Made by a program: the position numbers and the translations under genes. From IMG/VR virus record IMGVR_UViG_3300025647_003907: DNA of 20,000 nt. One strand, 5' to 3'. Under the pieces are notes generated by a model. The model did not search any database. It was not told the DNA's origin and saw only the letters and a program-made list of their open reading frames with translations. Below, in pieces: positions 1 to 8,836 of the stretch (the first letter of the stretch is position 1; every line of letters begins with the position of its first letter). Source of the stretch: an uncultured virus (IMG/VR IMGVR_UViG_3300025647_003907). Taxonomy: Duplodnaviria; Heunggongvirae; Uroviricota; Caudoviricetes.

Positions 1-1
1 A

Positions 2-349
2 AGAGAAGCCTGTGTATAATCCAATGCGTTCTGGATACGAGTATTCGTTTAGTATGCTTGCTTGTATTTTGCCTGTAGCAAACAATGGAAGCACAGTATT
101 TTTATAATACTTTTTACCAATACCTGAGTTCTGTATGTAATCTTGTAATACTTCGTCGTTGCGGATAACAGTGTTTAAGTCTAACAAATCCTGCTTGCTA
201 ATACCAAGCCATTCTGCTGCTTCGCGCTGCTTAACAAAAGGATTGTGCGATAACATAGTTGCATACTCTCGCAGAGTTGTGTTATCGTAACCGTCAAGTG
301 TGCCACGATGCTCTTCTAATGTATTATGGTATGAATATCCAAAGTTCAT
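2..349 (-). CDS. desII: DesII-like radical SAM NDP-aminosugar deaminase, N-terminal part (runs off the window's left edge)
   Basis: Not in the ORF track. Hand translation from ATG 349 (ATGA overlap with the aminotransferase stop) gives MNFGYSYHNT...LSHNPFVKQREAAEWLGISKQDLLDL...GKKYYKNTVLPLFATGKIQASILNEYSYPERIGLYTGFS. This resembles Streptomyces DesII as I recall it (NSPF...YWKNTLLPL...FPYSVGLYPGPT-CMFRCHFC). The window ends exactly where the CxxxCxxC motif should begin, and the next base is T, compatible with Cys. Confidence 0.75.
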   Translation of the reverse strand, partial: MNFGYSYHNTLEEHRGTLDGYDNTTLREYATMLSHNPFVKQREAAEWLGISKQDLLDLNTVIRNDEVLQDYIQNSGIGKKYYKNTVLPLFATGKIQASILNEYSYPERIGLYTGFS

Positions 350-1437
350 TTAAATGAGTTTATGCTATCTACGATATATTGAACTTGATCATCTGTTAAT
401 GAATACCAGCTTGGAATACTTAATATTTCTTTAACAGCAAGCTCTGCATTAGGGCATTCCTGGTACCATTCTTTATATGCTGGTTGTGTATTAGTAGTAG
501 TTGCATACTGAATATTTGTTTCAATGTCTAACTCTGCTAGGTGTTGTTTAAGTTCATCGCGACGATTGCTGCGAATAACATACCCATAATATGTATGATC
601 ATTGCCTGGTTCTAGTACAGGAACATCAACAGTGACCAATTGCTCAGTATAATAGTTACAAATTTTTCGTTTACGTTTGAGCCAAGTATTTAAGTAAGGA
701 AGTTTTGTACGAACAATATTTGCTTGCATATTGTCAATGCGAGCATTATAACCTATGCGTTCATATGAATAACGATTACTGCGTCCGTGATCTCTGTACA
801 TGCGCACAAGTTCTATGTTTGACTCAGACCCTAATACACATCCTGCATCTCCCATTGCGCCTAAATTTTTAACTGGGTTAAAACTAACACAGGTATAATC
901 TGCCGGCAAAGATCCAACCGTGCGACCTTTATAACGATTACCAAAGGACTGTGCTGCGTCCTCAATTAATACAAGATTATATTCATTGCATATATTGCGT
1001 AAACGATCAACATCTGGACATTGACCGTATAAGTCAACAAACAGAATCGCACGAGTGCGCTTTGTGATATATTGTTCAATTTTATCTATATTGATTAGAT
1101 ATGTTTTAGGGTCAATATCGACAAATATTGGAACCGCGCCCACAGATGCTATTGATTCTGTGGTAGCAACAAATGTCATTGGTGTAGTAATAACTTCGTC
1201 TTTATAGCCAATTCCTGCTGCCTGCAAAGAACACGCCAATGCAGTAGTGCCAGATCCTGTAGACGCACATGCTTCTGCCCCTGTGTATTCGCATAGTGCT
1301 GATTCAAATGAGGTAACGTACGGTCCGGTGATAAATTGAGATGTAGCAATAGTCTCTTCGATTGCCCGATCGATCTCCCATTTACAATCAATATATTGTT
1401 GATATAAATTAGTGTAGGGAATTTTGAATCCACTCAT
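346..1437 (-). CDS. DegT/DnrJ/EryC1/StrS family PLP-dependent NDP-sugar aminotransferase
   Basis: Motifs GSGTTAL, PIFVDID, IEDAAQSFG, SFNPVKNLGAMGDAG (PLP lysine) and GYNARID. The start is more likely ATG 1437 (MSGFKIP) than 1461. Confidence 0.93.
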   Translation of the reverse strand: MSGFKIPYTNLYQQYIDCKWEIDRAIEETIATSQFITGPYVTSFESALCEYTGAEACASTGSGTTALACSLQAAGIGYKDEVITTPMTFVATTESIASVGAVPIFVDIDPKTYLINIDKIEQYITKRTRAILFVDLYGQCPDVDRLRNICNEYNLVLIEDAAQSFGNRYKGRTVGSLPADYTCVSFNPVKNLGAMGDAGCVLGSESNIELVRMYRDHGRSNRYSYERIGYNARIDNMQANIVRTKLPYLNTWLKRKRKICNYYTEQLVTVDVPVLEPGNDHTYYGYVIRSNRRDELKQHLAELDIETNIQYATTTNTQPAYKEWYQECPNAELAVKEILSIPSWYSLTDDQVQYIVDSINSFK

Positions 1438-2359
1438 AATACAGTGGGAATCCTTGTTCAATGTTGGTGTGTGGTTCGTAATTTAACAAGCGATATGCTT
1501 TTTCGGTACTTAGATATCCACGACTGGGCATGCTCATGTCGCGCTCGCATACATTAATCTCGCCCTTACCTACAATATCGCGCACAAGTTTAGCAGCACG
1601 CAGAATAGTATCTTCTTCGCCGCGTGTAATATTAAATGTTTCGTCAGCAGCAAGAACATGAGTAGCAGCAAGCACAATACCGTGTGCTACATCTTCTACA
1701 AACGAAAAGTCTAGTTTTTCATCTACTCCGTTTACGTTAAGCGGCTTGTCCTGTAGTGCATTCATAAAAAACTTACTAACAACACGATCTTCTACGTCAC
1801 GTGGTCCATATACAGCACTTGGGCGTACAATTGAATATTCCATGTTGTGCTTTGCTGCAACGTGTTTGGTTAATAATTCACCTGCGTGCTTGTATGCAGC
1901 ATAAATGCTGCCAGGTTTGCACGTGGCGTCTTCTGTAACACCGCCTGTAAAGTCACCGTATACCATGCTGCTGCTAATATACACAAACCGCTTAACACCT
2001 ACATCGACACTGGATGTTAATAGATTTTCAAGTCCGTCAATCATGGTATGACGAGCGGTTAGTGGATCTGTGTTTACAATTTTAGCACGCGGGAAACTTG
2101 CTAAGTGAATAACCACTTCTGGTTGATGTCGTTCAAATGATGTTTTAATATGTGCGGCACTAGCAATATCCCAAGGACATAAAGTAGGATGCCCCATATA
2201 ATTAATACGCTCATCAATAAGCGTCATGTGCTGCTTGGGGTCTAGAATTCCATAGGTAGTCCAGTTATCTAAAACAACACATGTATGTCCTTGATCTTGT
2301 AATTCTTTTACTACGTGATGCCCAATAAATCCAGCACCGCCGACTACCATTATTCGCAT
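1409..2359 (-). CDS. NAD-dependent epimerase/dehydratase (extended SDR, nucleotide-sugar modifying)
   Basis: GGAGFIG Rossmann motif, VIHLAS, YISSSMVYG, YAAYK catalytic YxxxK, RPSAVYGP and DFSFVED. Confidence 0.92.
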   Translation of the reverse strand: MRIMVVGGAGFIGHHVVKELQDQGHTCVVLDNWTTYGILDPKQHMTLIDERINYMGHPTLCPWDIASAAHIKTSFERHQPEVVIHLASFPRAKIVNTDPLTARHTMIDGLENLLTSSVDVGVKRFVYISSSMVYGDFTGGVTEDATCKPGSIYAAYKHAGELLTKHVAAKHNMEYSIVRPSAVYGPRDVEDRVVSKFFMNALQDKPLNVNGVDEKLDFSFVEDVAHGIVLAATHVLAADETFNITRGEEDTILRAAKLVRDIVGKGEINVCERDMSMPSRGYLSTEKAYRLLNYEPHTNIEQGFPLYYEWIQNSLH

Positions 2360-2361
2360 TT

Positions 2362-2598
2362 TTATCCCCAGCGTAATTGAAAATAAGTCGCAGCAGCATC
2401 GTCGACTTCTGCTTCAACTATTATATGATACCCCCAGGTGGTACCGTCATTTTGTATACTATAACGTAAATTTTGACTATTGTCAAGAACCCATTTTCCT
2501 TGCTCGCACCCTTTAAGTTTTGAGTCTATGATCATAGGCATTACTAAATGTGGTTCTTCAACATCGCCTACGTCAAAGTCAAAGACTCGTATACGCAT
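2362..2598 (-). CDS. Small phage hypothetical protein
   Basis: 78 aa ORF coupled to the thyA stop (TAATG overlap), ending in AATYFQLRWG. Confidence 0.75.
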   Translation of the reverse strand: MRIRVFDFDVGDVEEPHLVMPMIIDSKLKGCEQGKWVLDNSQNLRYSIQNDGTTWGYHIIVEAEVDDAAATYFQLRWG

Positions 2599-3482
2599 TA
2601 TACTGCCATTGGAGCTTTAATAGGTGGGTAAGATTCGTAGTTTTCCAAAAAGATATCGTCCATGGTAAATTTGTCAATATCACCGATAGTAGGATCTAGA
2701 CGTAGCACGGGCTGAGTCAGTGGTACCCTGCTGAGTTGTTCACGTACTGCGTCTAGATGATTGAGATAGATATGAGCATCACCAATTGTGTGTACAAACG
2801 TACCTGGTGTCAAGTTACATACTTGTGCAATCATGTATGTTAGCAAACTATAACTGGCAATATTAAATGGAACACCCAGGAACATGTCTGCACTACGCTG
2901 ATATAACTGACAACTTAGTTCGCCATCGTCACTGACATAAAACTGGCTTAATACATGACACGGCGGCAATGCCATTTGATCAAGCTCGCCCGGATTCCAC
3001 GCAGTTAATATATGTCTGCGTCCAAATGGATCTCGCTTAATGCCATCAATTAAGTTTTGAAGTTGATCAACGGTTTCGTAATGCCCAACTTGTAGATCAT
3101 CTTCCCAGGACATGTTGTTAAATTTGCGCCATGTGCGCCATTGTACACCATACACACGTCCTAAGTCGCCAGGATATTGTGCTTTTGACGCCCAGTAATC
3201 TGCCTCTGCGTTAGCAGTCCAAATAGTTTTCTTTTCTGGATCGCGTGTGCCGTGTAGAATTTCTGCTAGTCTACGTTCGTCACCGGACCCTTCAATAAAC
3301 CATAACAGTTCAGAAACAACGGCTTTCCACGCTAAACGTTTAGTAGTGACAGCAGGGAAATGCCCACGGATATTATAACGAGTTTGAAGACCAAATAGGC
3401 TGCGAGTCCCGACACCAGTGCGGTCAGTGCGGTCTTGCCCGCGATCGAGAACTTCTCTAAGAGCGTCATGATATTCCCTCAT
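2598..3482 (-). CDS. thyA: Thymidylate synthase
   Basis: DRTGVGT, ELLWF, YGVQWR, RRHILTAWN, catalytic LPPCH, YQRSADMFLGVPFNIASY (dUMP-specifying Asn present), GDAHIY and C-terminal APMAV. Confidence 0.98.
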   Translation of the reverse strand: MREYHDALREVLDRGQDRTDRTGVGTRSLFGLQTRYNIRGHFPAVTTKRLAWKAVVSELLWFIEGSGDERRLAEILHGTRDPEKKTIWTANAEADYWASKAQYPGDLGRVYGVQWRTWRKFNNMSWEDDLQVGHYETVDQLQNLIDGIKRDPFGRRHILTAWNPGELDQMALPPCHVLSQFYVSDDGELSCQLYQRSADMFLGVPFNIASYSLLTYMIAQVCNLTPGTFVHTIGDAHIYLNHLDAVREQLSRVPLTQPVLRLDPTIGDIDKFTMDDIFLENYESYPPIKAPMAV

Positions 3483-3943
3483 TGTTTTCTATTTAATACC
3501 TGAAATATGTGATCATCAAACTGTTCTTCATGTACAACTTTGAATTCATCTTCGATTCTTTTTAAATCAACGTGTGTATCGCAATCGTAATCACCAGGCA
3601 CACGTGTTAAAAAGATATAATCTAAATCATCAAACACGCTGTTAATTAATACAGCACCGCCGATTACCCAGGCAGTTGGAGTAGCATGCAGCATTGAAGT
3701 GTCGTACATATGAATTACATCATTAGGAAGGTCTAAATCGTCTCTGCTACTAATTACAACATTACGACGCTTAGGCAACGGAGTAGGCATATCTGTGCTT
3801 TCCCATGTACCGCGGCCCATAACAACTATACCATTTTCGGTAAGTTGTTTGAATCGTTTTAAGTCATCGGAAATCTTTGGCCAAGGCATATGTCCGTTTT
3901 TGCCTAAGCCGCCTTTTTCGTCAACTGCAAAAATTGCTTTCAT
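3479..3943 (-). CDS. folA: Dihydrofolate reductase
   Basis: GLGKNGHMPWP, DLKRFKQLT, VVMGRGTWES, PLPKRRNVVIS, VIGGA and CDT motifs; ATGA-coupled to thyA. Confidence 0.96.
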   Translation of the reverse strand: MKAIFAVDEKGGLGKNGHMPWPKISDDLKRFKQLTENGIVVMGRGTWESTDMPTPLPKRRNVVISSRDDLDLPNDVIHMYDTSMLHATPTAWVIGGAVLINSVFDDLDYIFLTRVPGDYDCDTHVDLKRIEDEFKVVHEEQFDDHIFQVLNRKQ

Positions 3944-4251
3944 AAATTTTTAAGAAAGTGTTCGGTTTCCGGTTGTATAATATCAGCAACAGCTTCTAGA
4001 TCCAAAAAGAAATCTACTTTACGAATATCATCCTGAAAATCAGTTAAAGTTCTAGAGATAATAATTTCAATTTCTTCAGGATCTAGTCCATTTTCTCTAA
4101 GCATTCTAACATTTACTGTTTTTTGCTTAGGACCAATATCACCATAAAGTTTAATTACTAGACGTTCAATACATTCAACTGGAACATTGGTTTTATCAAT
4201 GTTGTCAATTATGTGTTGCCATCTATCGTAAAAGTCCTCGCTCAAATACAT
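3940..4251 (-). CDS. Phage hypothetical protein (acidic, 103 aa)
   Basis: Uninterrupted ORF whose stop overlaps the DHFR start. Confidence 0.8.
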   Translation of the reverse strand: MYLSEDFYDRWQHIIDNIDKTNVPVECIERLVIKLYGDIGPKQKTVNVRMLRENGLDPEEIEIIISRTLTDFQDDIRKVDFFLDLEAVADIIQPETEHFLKNL

Positions 4252-4285
4252 TAATTGTTATTCTCATGGTAAGTGAGGACTGTTT

Positions 4286-4945
4286 TTATGCTTTCGCTTT
4301 AACAGCAACACGCTTCTTAGGTGCTGCCTTTTTAGTAGCGGCACGCTTAGGCTTTAGTGCAGGATTAAGGTTATATGCTTCTGCTTCTAAACGCTTGCTT
4401 TCGGCTAGCATACTTTCTGCTTCTGCTGTCATGCGCTGACTTTGTTGCAGCAAATCATTTGCTAAACTTTCGTCAGTGATTACACCTGCATCTGCCGCTG
4501 CTTCTTGTACCGTTTCTGCTTTTTTCTTAGCAGTTGGGTCTACTAAACCGGCATTGCGATCCATCTCGGCAAGTTTCTCTGCCGCTTCACCACCAGTAGC
4601 CAAATCATCCAGTACAGTGTTTAACTCGTCTAGGCGAATGTGGCTTTTAGCATTGGGAGTAACAACTACTTGGTTTGTAGGAACCTTTTTGATATAACCT
4701 TCTTTGTGCAGTGCATGCAAAGTATTTCTACCATCTGGTAAAATTTCTCTATCCAATGCATCAGCAAGATTTTCTGCTTCTTGACCAACTTTGCTTTCGA
4801 TACAGTTAATTACTGAATCATGAAAGTGGCTTGGAATCACTTCTGTGTAAGTTACTAAACACATGTGATCTTCGCCCGGAACTTTGCGATAAACTACAGC
4901 AACCTTGCGATCGCCGTGCTTGCCAATATGTTTTACGAATGCCAT
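4286..4945 (-). CDS. Phage hypothetical protein with coiled-coil segment and Lys/Ala/Pro-rich tail
   Basis: 219 aa; SD-like GAGG upstream; C-terminus KPKRAATKKAAPKKRVAVKAKA. Confidence 0.85.
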   Translation of the reverse strand: MAFVKHIGKHGDRKVAVVYRKVPGEDHMCLVTYTEVIPSHFHDSVINCIESKVGQEAENLADALDREILPDGRNTLHALHKEGYIKKVPTNQVVVTPNAKSHIRLDELNTVLDDLATGGEAAEKLAEMDRNAGLVDPTAKKKAETVQEAAADAGVITDESLANDLLQQSQRMTAEAESMLAESKRLEAEAYNLNPALKPKRAATKKAAPKKRVAVKAKA

Positions 4946-4948
4946 AAA

Positions 4949-5209
4949 TTAACCCTCTGAGGCTTCTGTTTCCTCTGTTGTTTCTTCTGCTGCTTCTTCT
5001 TGTGCTGGTGCAAGGCTGTTAAGGAACGCATTTAGCTTATTGTAAACACGACCAATTACTTCCATTTCTTCTGCACGGAAAGCACCACGTTGTGCAGCAA
5101 CATTAATAATTTGGCGCAATCCAGCTAAATCACCAATGTTTAACCCAACAGCATTAGCAGCTTCTGTTTGTGCAGCATTTTCTGCTACTTCGTTATTCTC
5201 TTCGCTCAT
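4949..5209 (-). CDS. Small acidic helical phage protein
   Basis: Strong SD (AAGGAG); core IINVAAQRGAFRAEEMEVIGRVYNKL resembles a family I recall from large phages. Confidence 0.85.
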   Translation of the reverse strand: MSEENNEVAENAAQTEAANAVGLNIGDLAGLRQIINVAAQRGAFRAEEMEVIGRVYNKLNAFLNSLAPAQEEAAEETTEETEASEG

Positions 5210-5241
5210 TATAATCTCCTTGTTTATTAATAGCGTGTGTA

Positions 5242-5247
5242 TATTTA
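5242..5247 (-). promoter_or_regulatory. TAAATA late-promoter-like motif
   Basis: GTTAAATA in the intergenic gap about 33 nt upstream of ATG 5209; the same hexamer recurs upstream of several other genes. Confidence 0.5.
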
Positions 5248-5274
5248 ACTGCGTATATAATGAGCTAAATTTTT

Positions 5275-5565
5275 TTAAAAGAAATTGTTGCGATCTTTAT
5301 TTCTAGACAAAAACGAAAGTGTGAAATATGTTGCTTCTGCTGGATCTTCAAAACCTGCATAAACTTTGGATAACAGTTTATTCTTTTCTTGAACAGCACA
5401 AGTAACTACAGCATAACGCCCTTGTGTATTTTCTGCAATCCATGCTTCTGCTTCGCCATGAATAAAAATATCAATGCTATCGATACTTACACGTGCAAAG
5501 TGTGCAGGCATCCACGCTAGTCTGCGTGTTTCAAACCAATCTCTAGGATCAATTTTTAACGGCAT
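5275..5565 (-). CDS. Phage hypothetical protein
   Basis: Start probably one of the tandem ATGs at 5565-5571, overlapping the VWA gene end; C-terminal GFEDPAEATYFTL. Confidence 0.75.
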   Translation of the reverse strand: MPLKIDPRDWFETRRLAWMPAHFARVSIDSIDIFIHGEAEAWIAENTQGRYAVVTCAVQEKNKLLSKVYAGFEDPAEATYFTLSFLSRNKDRNNFF

Positions 5566-6814
5566 CATCATAATATACAGTAATACCAAACGGTGCTTCT
5601 ACTTCGCGAGTGCCATGAATAATCCACAGCGTATCGCAGTAGTCTGGATCTCCCCACGAACCCCATGGATAACCATCGGTAAACACAACCAAGCGTTGCG
5701 GTTCCATTGCTTCATTCTTTAAATAGTTAAAGATAGCAGTAAAGTCAGTGCCGCCAAAGCCATTTACTTCATAGTCTTCAATATTGTCTAATGTTTCTGA
5801 AGTATAAGTTACCGGATTGTAAACATCAGTATCAAATGTAAACAAGTGAATGCGGAACTGTTCAAACTCCTCCATAATGCCTTTGATTTCGGAAAGGAAG
5901 TCGCGCAGCATTGTTTCGGAAATTGAACCTGAAGTATCAATAGCAACTACAACATCAGTGGTTTCGCCATTAGTCATGCCCGGCATTACTGAATCCATGT
6001 GCCAACCACGACGCGACGGACGCATCCACGAAAAGTCAGTTTTAATAGTAGATTCAATGTGTTGACGCAGTAGTTCACGCCAATTCATTTTAGGTTCAGT
6101 AAATGCTTTAATAAGACGCTTTACACCAGCAGGGGTATTTCCTGCACCTGCTTGTTCAGCAGCACCAAGCATTGCTTCTTTGAGTTCTTCGCGAATTTTG
6201 TCGCGTTCTTCTTTGCTAAGTTTTGGCTTGCCTTTGCCGTTACCGTCTTCGTCATCCTCACTGTCTCCGTCAATATGCTCGTCGATCATTTGTTCGATGA
6301 GTTTGTTCATGTCAATCTTTTCTGCGTTCTCGTACAAGTGATCGTAGATCTCTTCGGAGCACATACCATCAAACTTTGGATCATACAAGCAAGGCACAGT
6401 AGTAATACGTGTGCCTACTTTAGATTTAATCAAGTCAGAGTTTACAGCATAGTCATCTGCGATATTCCACAGCATAGGATGACGATCACCGCGGCGACCA
6501 AAATGGTCGTAGCAGCAATGAAGAACTTCGTGACCAAATAGGAATTCAAGTTCTTTGCCTTTGAGCATTTCAACAAACCGACTATTGTAGTAAAAGTTGC
6601 GGCCGTCTGTAGCAGCAGTAGAGCACCAATCGTCGGCATTGGTTAGCTGTAAACGAGTTGCCATGTTACCAAAGAATGGACTATTAAGCAGCAAACCTAC
6701 ACGAGCACCAATTAGTTTTTCGCGACTAGCACGATCGACAGCAGGATCAGTTGGGCCAATTAAATTAGCAAACTTTTCGTTTTCTTTGTTTTGTGTGGTA
6801 CTATTAGCAGACAT
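5549..6814 (-). CDS. Metallopeptidase-VWA protein (DUF2201-like), likely partner of the MoxR-like ATPase
   Basis: N-terminal TAATDG and HEVLH (HExxH), WNIADDYAVN, an acidic linker, and a C-terminal VWA domain with MIDAS elements DTSGS, GGTDF and VFTDGY. Confidence 0.92.
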   Translation of the reverse strand: MSANSTTQNKENEKFANLIGPTDPAVDRASREKLIGARVGLLLNSPFFGNMATRLQLTNADDWCSTAATDGRNFYYNSRFVEMLKGKELEFLFGHEVLHCCYDHFGRRGDRHPMLWNIADDYAVNSDLIKSKVGTRITTVPCLYDPKFDGMCSEEIYDHLYENAEKIDMNKLIEQMIDEHIDGDSEDDEDGNGKGKPKLSKEERDKIREELKEAMLGAAEQAGAGNTPAGVKRLIKAFTEPKMNWRELLRQHIESTIKTDFSWMRPSRRGWHMDSVMPGMTNGETTDVVVAIDTSGSISETMLRDFLSEIKGIMEEFEQFRIHLFTFDTDVYNPVTYTSETLDNIEDYEVNGFGGTDFTAIFNYLKNEAMEPQRLVVFTDGYPWGSWGDPDYCDTLWIIHGTREVEAPFGITVYYDDAVKN

Positions 6815-6847
6815 TTTGCACCTTTTTTTGTGTTGCTTAATTTATAT

Positions 6848-6875
6848 ATTATAGCAGATCTTGTTCAGAAGTCAA
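6848..6875 (-). promoter_or_regulatory. sigma70-type promoter for the VWA gene
   Basis: Minus strand reads TTGACT-16 nt-TATAAT with extended -10 TGc; it lies within the last codons of the SGNH ORF. Confidence 0.7.
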
Positions 6876-7622
6876 GACTTTTTTAAAGTCACTGTCCTGC
6901 ACAATAAAATCAAATAGTGTTTTTAAAGCAGTTCTATTTGGGTGAATACCGTCTGGATAGAATAATTCAGGAGCATCTTTAAATTGTTTTATCCGGTTAT
7001 TACCTAAATCAATATCAACGAGCAATTCGGAAATATCGCCGGGATTTTTTGAGTATTTTTTAATAATTTCAACAAACTCATTATTCGCAACAAATTCACA
7101 TAAAATAGGATTATTGATTCTATGATCACTATTTAGAAGAAGATTTGTTGCGCTTTGACAAATAACATTTACTCCTGGATATTCGTTCTTGTTATCAAAC
7201 CAAAGAGCATCGCTGCACCCTCCGATGACGTAAAATGGAATATGATAGAAATTATATAGTTCGTTTAATCTTATATAGAATCGTTCAACCCATCTACTTT
7301 TAAGAGAGGAATATCCATATTTGAGTTCCTCGTGAAGTACTGCTAAACTATTAAAAAGATTTATATTGTAAGCTCGGTAATCACGCCACCACTCGGTTTT
7401 CCATACTATAATGCCTTTAATTTTTTTTCGATAGTGATAATTAATCATTAGAAAGTTTTTTAAACTTTCGTAGGTATCAAAATTTGAGCCGCCTGGTTTG
7501 CTAATGTTTAGAGCATTAACCCCGATGTCGTCAAAATATTCCAGGAAGCCCGGATGGGAAATGCCATCACCAACTTCCTGGAATTCGCCTGCACCCCAGC
7601 TGTCACCAGCAATAAGTATCAT
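6849..7622 (-). CDS. SGNH/GDSL-hydrolase-like protein
   Basis: Block I ILIAGDSWG, block II/III-like NISKPGGSN, block V YPDGIHPN (DxxH). Visibly more AT-rich than its neighbours. Confidence 0.75.
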   Translation of the reverse strand: MILIAGDSWGAGEFQEVGDGISHPGFLEYFDDIGVNALNISKPGGSNFDTYESLKNFLMINYHYRKKIKGIIVWKTEWWRDYRAYNINLFNSLAVLHEELKYGYSSLKSRWVERFYIRLNELYNFYHIPFYVIGGCSDALWFDNKNEYPGVNVICQSATNLLLNSDHRINNPILCEFVANNEFVEIIKKYSKNPGDISELLVDIDLGNNRIKQFKDAPELFYPDGIHPNRTALKTLFDFIVQDSDFKKVLTSEQDLL

Positions 7623-7623
7623 G

Positions 7624-8709
7624 TTAGCTATTGTTGGCGTTTAAGATGTACTTGCCATATTTTTCGTGGAACTTGTCAAAGTTCTTGAGTTTGGTTGGCT
7701 TAAATGGTAGATCGTAAGTGGTAAGAGCAACTCGTGCGCCCATTACTACAAGCTCAACTTCGAAATTATCCATCATAAAGCCAAAGAAATTATCCGCCAT
7801 GGTGTGGAAGTTCTTTTCGTCAACACCCTTGTCTACGGCATCCTTGAGTTCATAGCACATTGAAGTTACCAGCGAATACATTGCAGATACTTCTTTGGTT
7901 TCAAGTTCCTTGACCTTGCCAGCAAGAATATCTTCTGGCTTGGGCAGTTTACCTGCAACCTTGCGATGCGCCATAAACTTCAGTGCAAGTCCTTCGCCGA
8001 CTGCACCAGCAACCAAATTGGTAGTGGTTTTTTCGTCTGGATTGCCTTCTAGCAGTTCGCTTACAAACGTCCAAGAACGCGGTGTAGCAAACGCACGCGA
8101 ACTGGACTTTGAATCAAAGTCGTACAAGTCTTGTTTAGCAAATGAAATGTAACCAACAACATCCTTGTGGATCTTGTTTTCTACGGCCCAGTCCAGCCAG
8201 GATTCGTAATCTACTTTCATTTCAAAGTGTACAAAACGATTGCTAAGTGGCATGGGCATGCGATAAGTTACACCTTTATCACTTTCGCGGTTACCAGCTG
8301 CTACAATCACTACATTATCTGGCAGACGATAGTTGCCAATCCGACGATTGAGGACCAGCTGGTAAGCCGCGGCCATGACACTCGGAGCACCCGAATTACA
8401 CTCATCAAGGAAAAGTACTACAACTGGATACTGACTGGCCAGTTCTTCAGTTGGAAGATCGATTGGTGGAGCCCAGTCCATTGTACCGGTGTCTTTGTTA
8501 TAAAATGGGATACCACGCAAATCAGTGGGTTCCATTTGACTCAAACGCAGATCAATCATGTATCCGTTCATGTCGCGAGTCATTTCTTCTACGAGTTCTG
8601 ATTTACCAATACCCGGCGGACCCCACAGGAATACTGGACGCTTCTTGTTGAAGCAGTGTTGGATAGCTACGCTAGCCTCTTTGGATGTTAGTGTACGTCC
8701 CTCGGACAT
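7624..8709 (-). CDS. MoxR-like AAA+ ATPase
   Basis: Walker A GPPGIGKS, Walker B VLFLDE, DLRGIP, AAGNR, LSNRF arginine finger and TPRSW; SD AAGGAG. Confidence 0.93.
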   Translation of the reverse strand: MSEGRTLTSKEASVAIQHCFNKKRPVFLWGPPGIGKSELVEEMTRDMNGYMIDLRLSQMEPTDLRGIPFYNKDTGTMDWAPPIDLPTEELASQYPVVVLFLDECNSGAPSVMAAAYQLVLNRRIGNYRLPDNVVIVAAGNRESDKGVTYRMPMPLSNRFVHFEMKVDYESWLDWAVENKIHKDVVGYISFAKQDLYDFDSKSSSRAFATPRSWTFVSELLEGNPDEKTTTNLVAGAVGEGLALKFMAHRKVAGKLPKPEDILAGKVKELETKEVSAMYSLVTSMCYELKDAVDKGVDEKNFHTMADNFFGFMMDNFEVELVVMGARVALTTYDLPFKPTKLKNFDKFHEKYGKYILNANNS

Positions 8710-8787
8710 ATTGTGCTCCTTGTCTTTGAGTGTAATAGTAGTGTAAGCTCGCCTGGAAAGTGCGTTTATTTGTTAACTTACCCTAGT

Positions 8788-8816
8788 ATTATACGGAAGC
8801 AGACAGCACGTGTCAA
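8788..8816 (-). promoter_or_regulatory. Consensus sigma70 (early) promoter for the ATPase operon
   Basis: Minus strand reads exactly TTGACA-17 nt-TATAAT. Confidence 0.9.
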
Positions 8817-8836
8817 CACTTTTTCGTTAATTTTAG

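Noticed and set aside
1409..2359. Calling the SDR rmlB (dTDP-glucose 4,6-dehydratase) or galE
   Set aside because: It lacks the RmlB STDEVYG/HLAAESHV signature, so it is assigned to family level only.
2598..3482. Thymidylate synthase homologue as a dCMP/dUMP hydroxymethylase for hypermodified DNA
   Set aside because: It retains canonical ThyA features (PFN Asn, C-terminal MAV) and is paired with DHFR, which points to ordinary dTMP synthesis.
4476..8746. Plus-strand ORFs (4476, 5474, 5850, 6152, 6597, 7895, 8167, 8451, 8558) and nested minus ORF 6442
   Set aside because: They are antisense or alternate-frame shadows of well-supported genes, with no recognisable motifs.
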